Position numbers and translations under genes: made by a program. The notes under the pieces were generated by a model, which saw only the letters and a program-made list of their open reading frames with translations, did no database searches and was not told where the DNA came from. From the IMG/VR virus record IMGVR_UViG_3300023110_000008: a DNA stretch of 64,000 nucleotides. One strand, given 5' to 3'. This DNA comes from an uncultured virus (IMG/VR IMGVR_UViG_3300023110_000008) (taxonomy: Duplodnaviria; Heunggongvirae; Uroviricota; Caudoviricetes). Below are positions 59,558 to 64,000 of the stretch, piece after piece (the stretch's first letter is position 1; each line of letters begins with the position of its first letter).

Positions 59558-59682
59558 TGGGTAAACTTAGACAATGGTTTAGAAGGTGGTTTGACAGACA
59601 GATTGAAAAGTCTTTTCAAAGAACAGCAAATCGACAGTTTGACAAGTCAAGGGTTAAATATAATGATGGAGACAATACATGA
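59557..59682 (+). CDS. Hypothetical basic peptide, 41 aa (not in ORF track)
   Basis: SD GGAGG, coupled at both ends; MGKLRQWFRRWFDRQIEKSFQR.... Confidence 0.55.
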   Translation: MGKLRQWFRRWFDRQIEKSFQRTANRQFDKSRVKYNDGDNT

Positions 59683-59978
59683 CGGAGTTTAAAAATAAAG
59701 TAGAGAGACAAAGAGTTCTCTTAGAAGCAGAAGAATGGGCAAAAGGTGTTTCAGGCATTCATGCTCATAGTTTGAGTAGTATGTGGTACGACACTAGACC
59801 ACAAGATACTCAAGATGGTAAAGGTGTCGTTGATAGAAGTTTCAATAGTGGACTTATTGAAAGAACACTTGATGATGGTTCTATCGTATACTTTGGTAAA
59901 GAACTTAAAGGCGATGAACTGATTAATGAATATCAAAGAAAAGTATTGCCTTCTGTCACACAACAAGCACTTGCTTAA
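59679..59978 (+). CDS. Hypothetical protein
   Basis: Coupled ORF with SD GGAG. Confidence 0.65.
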   Translation: MTEFKNKVERQRVLLEAEEWAKGVSGIHAHSLSSMWYDTRPQDTQDGKGVVDRSFNSGLIERTLDDGSIVYFGKELKGDELINEYQRKVLPSVTQQALA

Positions 59979-60370
59979 TGTCCAAAAGAAATCCATTCGA
60001 CTATGTTAAAAATGTCAGTTTTGACAAAGTCGATATCATGGTTGATGAGGTAGAAGAGAAGTCTTATCAACCATTCCTAGTAAATCGAGCATTATCTTAT
60101 CACCAAGATTCGCTCTTTTTCGTCAACGAAATGAATGTCCGGCACAGTCTGGACAGTCGTCTTCAATACTCTTTTTTAATAAATACTCTTAGAAAAAGAA
60201 AAAGGTTCAGCAAGTGGCAGAAGCCATATGAATCTAAAAAAATAGACACTGTAAGAGAATCTTATGGTGTATCAACTAAAATAGCGAAAGAGTATTTAGA
60301 GTTATTAGACGATAAACAATACCGTGACTTGAAAGAGAGTATGAAAACTGGTGGTAAGAATAATGGATGA
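59978..60370 (+). CDS. gp62: Clamp loader small subunit gp62
   Basis: YQPFLVNRALS...NEMN...LQYSFL...RKRKRFSKW...GG. Confidence 0.92.
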   Translation: MSKRNPFDYVKNVSFDKVDIMVDEVEEKSYQPFLVNRALSYHQDSLFFVNEMNVRHSLDSRLQYSFLINTLRKRKRFSKWQKPYESKKIDTVRESYGVSTKIAKEYLELLDDKQYRDLKESMKTGGKNNG

Positions 60371-60770
60371 ACACGATATAGTAAAAGACTTAATCGAAAT
60401 AACATTCCCCGAAAAAGACGATTTTTTAAAGATAAGAGAAACCTTATCACGTATAGGCGTAGCTTCGAGGAAAGACAAAGAGTTATTTCAATCATGTCAC
60501 ATTCTTCATAAAAAAGGCAAGTATTATATCGTACACTTTAAAGAACTATTTTTACTAGACGGTAAACAAACCAATATTGATGAGTCAGACATTGGTAGAA
60601 GAAACACAATCATTGATCTTTTACAACAATGGAACTTATTGAAGGTTAATGATCCATCTAAAATATCAGAACCTAAGTCGCCTTTATCTCAAATAAAGGT
60701 AGTATCATATAAAGAAAAATCAGATTGGAAACTTACAACTAAGTATTCAATTGGTAATATAAACAACTAA
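60363..60770 (+). CDS. regA: Translational repressor RegA
   Basis: DDFLKIRETLSRIGVAS, LFQSCHILHKKGKYYIVHFKELF.LDG, RRNTI..LL..W. Confidence 0.97.
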   Translation: MDEHDIVKDLIEITFPEKDDFLKIRETLSRIGVASRKDKELFQSCHILHKKGKYYIVHFKELFLLDGKQTNIDESDIGRRNTIIDLLQQWNLLKVNDPSKISEPKSPLSQIKVVSYKEKSDWKLTTKYSIGNINN

Positions 60771-60795
60771 ATACCATAAAAAATAGGAGGTCAAT

Positions 60796-61002
60796 ATGTT
60801 TTCAGGCATAATTGATTTTATAATGGGAATCTGGAATCTACTTATGATAGTTCCAGTTGTTATCTCAATTTGTAGTGTTATTGTCGCTATGACACCAACA
60901 CCAGCAGATGACAAATTATGGGCAAAAGTCTACAAATGGTTAGAAGTACTTGCCCTAGCAATTGGTAAAGCAAAAGATAAAAACCCCTTGTTAGATAAGT
61001 AA
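60796..61002 (+). CDS. Small membrane protein (holin-like candidate)
   Basis: TM helix followed by TPTPADD...KWLEVLALAIGKAK. SD GGAGG. Confidence 0.6.
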   Translation: MFSGIIDFIMGIWNLLMIVPVVISICSVIVAMTPTPADDKLWAKVYKWLEVLALAIGKAKDKNPLLDK

Positions 61003-61045
61003 CGATCTGATAGGATGGTAACTAAAACCTAATTAGGAGTACATT

Positions 61046-61327
61046 ATGGAATATTTTTTGATTGCAGTTGCAGTATTTGTGATCGGTTACTTCATAGTAA
61101 ACAGAGGTAAAAGTAATACTTCTACCACTGTCACACCATCTCCAGTTCCTTCTACAAGACCAGGTGTCTCTGTAGATAGAAATGCTGACGGTGCTGTTTC
61201 TAAATTCGAGCTAAAGAAGTTAACGAAAGTTCAACTACTTGATATGGCAGAGAAGAAGAATCTCAAAGTTAAGAGATCAGGAACAAAAGCTGAAGTAATC
61301 AATGAGATCCATTCTCAACTAAAGTAA
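61046..61327 (+). CDS. Membrane-anchored protein with C-terminal Rho-N/HeH-like helical motif
   Basis: N-terminal TM and LKKLTKVQLLDMAEKKNLKV...TKAEVI. Confidence 0.6.
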   Translation: MEYFLIAVAVFVIGYFIVNRGKSNTSTTVTPSPVPSTRPGVSVDRNADGAVSKFELKKLTKVQLLDMAEKKNLKVKRSGTKAEVINEIHSQLK

Positions 61328-61345
61328 TTTTTAGTTAAAAATAAC

Positions 61346-61373
61346 AAAGGGGACATAACGTCCCCTTTTTTTT
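61346..61373. terminator. Bidirectional terminator
   Basis: AAAGGGGAC-ATAAC-GTCCCCTTTTTTTT between convergent ORFs. Confidence 0.85.
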
Positions 61374-61376
61374 ATC

Positions 61377-61529
61377 TTAAGGATAAAAAGGGTTATCTGT
61401 AATATACTTTGGTAATTCTACAGATTCCTTCTTTTCAATTTTATAATTCTTAGCCCTAGAGCTTAGATGTTTTTCCCTAAGAGATTTTTTGACTGCTCTT
61501 TGAAAGAGCATTGCTTGATATTTAGTCAT
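61377..61529 (-). CDS. Riboswitch-controlled basic peptide, 50 aa (not in ORF track)
   Basis: MTKYQAMLFQRAVKKSLREKHLSSRAKNYKIEKKESVELPKYITDNPFYP. SD GGAG; stop abuts the terminator. Confidence 0.7.
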   Translation of the reverse strand: MTKYQAMLFQRAVKKSLREKHLSSRAKNYKIEKKESVELPKYITDNPFYP

Positions 61530-61545
61530 GTCAATCTCCGAAAAG

Positions 61546-61599
61546 ATTGCGTTCCTTCAGCACCATTGCCTACTTCCGTCTAAAAATAGATGAACGTAA
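61546..61599 (-). ncRNA. Glutamine riboswitch aptamer (glnA class), copy 2
   Basis: Minus strand reads TTACGTTCATCTATTTTTAGACGGAAGTAGGCAATGGTGCTGAAGGAACGCAAT: P1, P2, GGAAGUA, P3 and GAAG elements. Confidence 0.85.
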
Positions 61600-61601
61600 C
61601 A

Positions 61602-61655
61602 ATGCGTTCCTTCGTCTTATGACTACTTCCGACCCTAGAAAAAGGGTTGAACGAT
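61602..61655 (-). ncRNA. Glutamine riboswitch aptamer (glnA class), copy 1
   Basis: Minus strand reads ATCGTTCAACCCTTTTTCTAGGGTCGGAAGTAGTCATAAGACGAAGGAACGCAT. Core is conserved while the P2/P3 stems differ but still pair. Confidence 0.85.
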
Positions 61656-61660
61656 ACCTT

Positions 61661-61674
61661 TATTTATATAAATA
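61661..61674. promoter_or_regulatory. Back-to-back divergent late promoters (TATTTATATAAATA)
   Basis: TATAAATA on + at 61667-61674 and on - at 61661-61668. Confidence 0.75.
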
Positions 61675-61682
61675 AGAGTATA

Positions 61683-61976
61683 ATGGATGTATTCGAAATG
61701 ATAACTGAGTTGGGCTTCCCTGTAGCTATCGCCTTAGTTATGGGAAGTTTTATATTCATTATCATTAAACAAATACTTCAAGGTATAGTTGATGACATTC
61801 AGACGCTTACTATGTTCTGTAAGTCACTAGAGAATCGTGCAAGAACCATGTCTAATGAAATGATTAAGATAGACATGTTAGTATCGTCAGCATTGGAACT
61901 TCGACCTGATATTGAGAGAGTTGCTCGTGCAGAGAACTTTATCGAAGACGGTAAATTGGATGTGAGAAGAGATTAA
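61683..61976 (+). CDS. Single-TM coiled-coil membrane protein
   Basis: ELGFPVAIALVMGSFIFIII; paralogous to the next ORF. Confidence 0.7.
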   Translation: MDVFEMITELGFPVAIALVMGSFIFIIIKQILQGIVDDIQTLTMFCKSLENRARTMSNEMIKIDMLVSSALELRPDIERVARAENFIEDGKLDVRRD

Positions 61977-62266
61977 TGGAAGAATTTGACATTATCTCAA
62001 AAGTCCAAGAGTACGGATTTCCTATTATACTAGCAATTGGTCTAGGTTACTTTATTTACTATGTGTGGTGGTTCATTGGTGAACACATAGAGCCCGAAAT
62101 TGAAAAGATGCATTTTGCATTGATAAGAGTAATAGACCAAACTAGAATGTTAGACCAAGACCTTATACGACTACAACAAAAGGTTGATGTAGTTTTAGAG
62201 TATAGAGAAAACGAGAAGAAAAAGGGCAAGGTAAAAACCAATGATAAAAAGAGTTCTAGTTCTTAG
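61976..62266 (+). CDS. Single-TM coiled-coil membrane protein
   Basis: EYGFPIILAIGLGYFIYYVW...LIRVIDQTRMLDQDLIRL. Confidence 0.7.
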   Translation: MEEFDIISKVQEYGFPIILAIGLGYFIYYVWWFIGEHIEPEIEKMHFALIRVIDQTRMLDQDLIRLQQKVDVVLEYRENEKKKGKVKTNDKKSSSS

Positions 62267-62726
62267 TCTACTATCACTACCAGTTTTAGCAGACGAGATT
62301 AAATTTGGATTTAAAAATCCATCCTTTAGTGGTGTCGGCACAGGCGCACACTATCTGACCATTGAAAACCAAGAGTTCTCAAGAAAAAAGGCAATTGAAG
62401 ATGCACTTGAATCGGCCAGAAAGGCAGCTGAAAGAGAGGCAGAAAATTCAACCCTAGCAAAATTTATACGTAACTTAGAAAGTAGAATCTACGCTCAATT
62501 TGCTAAGCAATTAGTAGAGTCTATGTTCGCAAATGATAACCCAGCAGGTTTCGGTTCATTTGTATTAGAAGGTAACACCATTACATGGGAAGTTATCACA
62601 GATGAAACAGGTGCTGAGTTTATCAGACTGATTGTTGTAGCAGAAGATGGTACAACCACAGAGATCACCATACCAGTAGGAACAGGAAACTTCGCACAAG
62701 ATCCTGATGGTGGAAATGGTGGTTAG
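62241..62726 (+). CDS. csgF: Curli assembly component CsgF-like
   Basis: Signal peptide, then F.FKNPSFSG, and F..NLESRIYAQ.AKQL...G.F.LEG...TTEITIP. Confidence 0.85.
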   Translation: MIKRVLVLSLLSLPVLADEIKFGFKNPSFSGVGTGAHYLTIENQEFSRKKAIEDALESARKAAEREAENSTLAKFIRNLESRIYAQFAKQLVESMFANDNPAGFGSFVLEGNTITWEVITDETGAEFIRLIVVAEDGTTTEITIPVGTGNFAQDPDGGNGG

Positions 62727-63645
62727 ATATCTACTAGCACTTACACTTCTAATAAGTGGATGTGCATCTGTACCAAGATGGTCTGATAATCCTCAAGACT
62801 GTAACCCAGCAACATGGGAAGAAGGCGTAGATTATCCAAACGATGTATGGAATCTGGCAAAGGCAGCTGGCAGAACGTTTGAACGGGCAATGCCTTACAT
62901 TTGTGTTGAAGAACCAGAAGTTGTTAAATTACCTTCTTATATCGAGTTGCTACAATTACCACCAGCAAAAGAAAGACCAATTGTCACTGTCTATAATTTC
63001 TTAGATAAAACAGGACAAAGAAAAAGTGTAGACAACATTGCATCATTTAGTACAGCAGTAACTCAAGGCGGACCAGAGTTAGTTATTGATGCTCTTAAAA
63101 CTGCTGGTAACGGAACATGGTTCAGAGTCGTAGAGAGAAATGGTTTAGATCATCTTGTAAGAGAAAGACAAATCATTAGAACTGCAAGACAAGAATACGC
63201 AGACTCTACAGGCGAAGAACTACAAGGAGTACAACCACTTCTATTTGCAGGAATGATAATAGAAGGTGGTGTAATTGGTTATGATACCAATATTTTAACT
63301 GGAGGCCGAGGCGCAAGGTATCTAGGAATTGGTAGTGCGAGACAATATCGACAAGATGTTGTCACAGTTTCCATGAGAGCTGTTTCAGTTCTTACTGGAG
63401 AAGTTTTACTTAATGTACAAACTCGGAAAACTATACTGAGTTATGGTGCTACAGGCGATGTGTTTAGATTCATCGAACAAGGCACTAGACTAGTGGAGTA
63501 TGAAGACGGAGTTGGTAATAATGAATCGGTGACTTACGCAACACGAACAGCTATTGAAGCTGCAGTGTTGGAATTAATCTACCAAGGACACAGAAGAGGT
63601 TTTTGGGAAATAGAGGGGTATAACGAAAATGAAAAAACTAATTAG
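62716..63645 (+). CDS. csgG: Curli secretion channel CsgG-like lipoprotein
   Basis: Lipobox LISGC, VYNFLDKTGQRK, FSTAVTQG, WFRVVER.GLD.L.RERQIIR, EGG..GYD, GG.GARYLGIG. Confidence 0.93.
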   Translation: MVVRYLLALTLLISGCASVPRWSDNPQDCNPATWEEGVDYPNDVWNLAKAAGRTFERAMPYICVEEPEVVKLPSYIELLQLPPAKERPIVTVYNFLDKTGQRKSVDNIASFSTAVTQGGPELVIDALKTAGNGTWFRVVERNGLDHLVRERQIIRTARQEYADSTGEELQGVQPLLFAGMIIEGGVIGYDTNILTGGRGARYLGIGSARQYRQDVVTVSMRAVSVLTGEVLLNVQTRKTILSYGATGDVFRFIEQGTRLVEYEDGVGNNESVTYATRTAIEAAVLELIYQGHRRGFWEIEGYNENEKTN

Positions 63646-64000
63646 TTTATTTTTACTTATGTCGACATCATTCGTTTTCGCACAAGCCACTGATGATAAC
63701 GAAATTAAGATCACTCAAACTGGTGATACTTTGAAACTTTATATCGACCAAATCGGTTTTGGAAACAAAATTGGTGGAGACGATGCAAGTTCAGGAAGTT
63801 TATCTTCTATGAGTATAACTGGTACTACACTTGAGTTCGATTTAGATTTTACTGGTAATTCAAACATTTTATTTGGTCCTGTAGTTGCAGATAGTTCTTA
63901 CTATACGCTAAACTTTACAGGTGATTCAAACGAGATCGACTGGAATATCGGATACATCGGTAGTGCTGACAGTTCAGATATTAATTTTGATGTAACAGGA
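63629..64000 (+). CDS. Secreted curlin-like beta-repeat protein, 3'-truncated
   Basis: MKKLISLFLLMSTSFVFA signal, then DNEIKITQTG..LYIDQIGFGN and repeated xFTGxSN strands. Confidence 0.65.
   Translation, partial: MKKLISLFLLMSTSFVFAQATDDNEIKITQTGDTLKLYIDQIGFGNKIGGDDASSGSLSSMSITGTTLEFDLDFTGNSNILFGPVVADSSYYTLNFTGDSNEIDWNIGYIGSADSSDINFDVTG

Noticed and set aside
1..64000. tRNA/rRNA genes, introns in gp17/gp20/gp23, genetic-code reassignment
   Set aside because: No cloverleaf was seen in the short intergenic gaps. Core genes are uninterrupted and of normal length under the standard code.

Overview
This is a 64 kb, AT-rich segment of a T4-like (Tevenvirinae/Kyanoviridae-style) myophage, probably marine and infecting a heterotrophic proteobacterium (host is inference). 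Almost all genes are on the + strand. In order: baseplate wedge (gp7 partial, gp8), a VrlC-like virion protein, a long fibre/appendage region, a virion-modification cassette (glycosyltransferase, 2OG-Fe(II) oxygenases), neck, tail, terminase and head genes (gp13-gp23), gp3, uvsY, uvsW, gp55, gp47/46, peptide deformylase, CobT/CobS-like genes, gp45/44/62, regA and curli-like csgF/csgG/curlin genes. The main discovery is two adjacent gene pairs (22302-24077 with 24089-25219, and 12596-14260 with 14262-15191) whose Pro-delimited repeat proteins are mirror images of each other. Proline positions sum to a constant, gap-free, over hundreds of residues (i+j=412 and i+j=280). Opposed peptide words follow a reproducible complementarity code, including a compensatory substitution seen in both pairs. 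This suggests heterodimeric antiparallel 'base-paired' beta-ribbon fibres, one tipped with a Hint domain. Other notable items are a tandem glutamine (glnA-class) riboswitch controlling an unannotated 50-aa peptide, a GT60 Skp1-type hydroxyproline GlcNAc-transferase together with prolyl-hydroxylase-like enzymes, and two structured RNA leaders. All assignments come from reading motifs by eye; no database searches were run.
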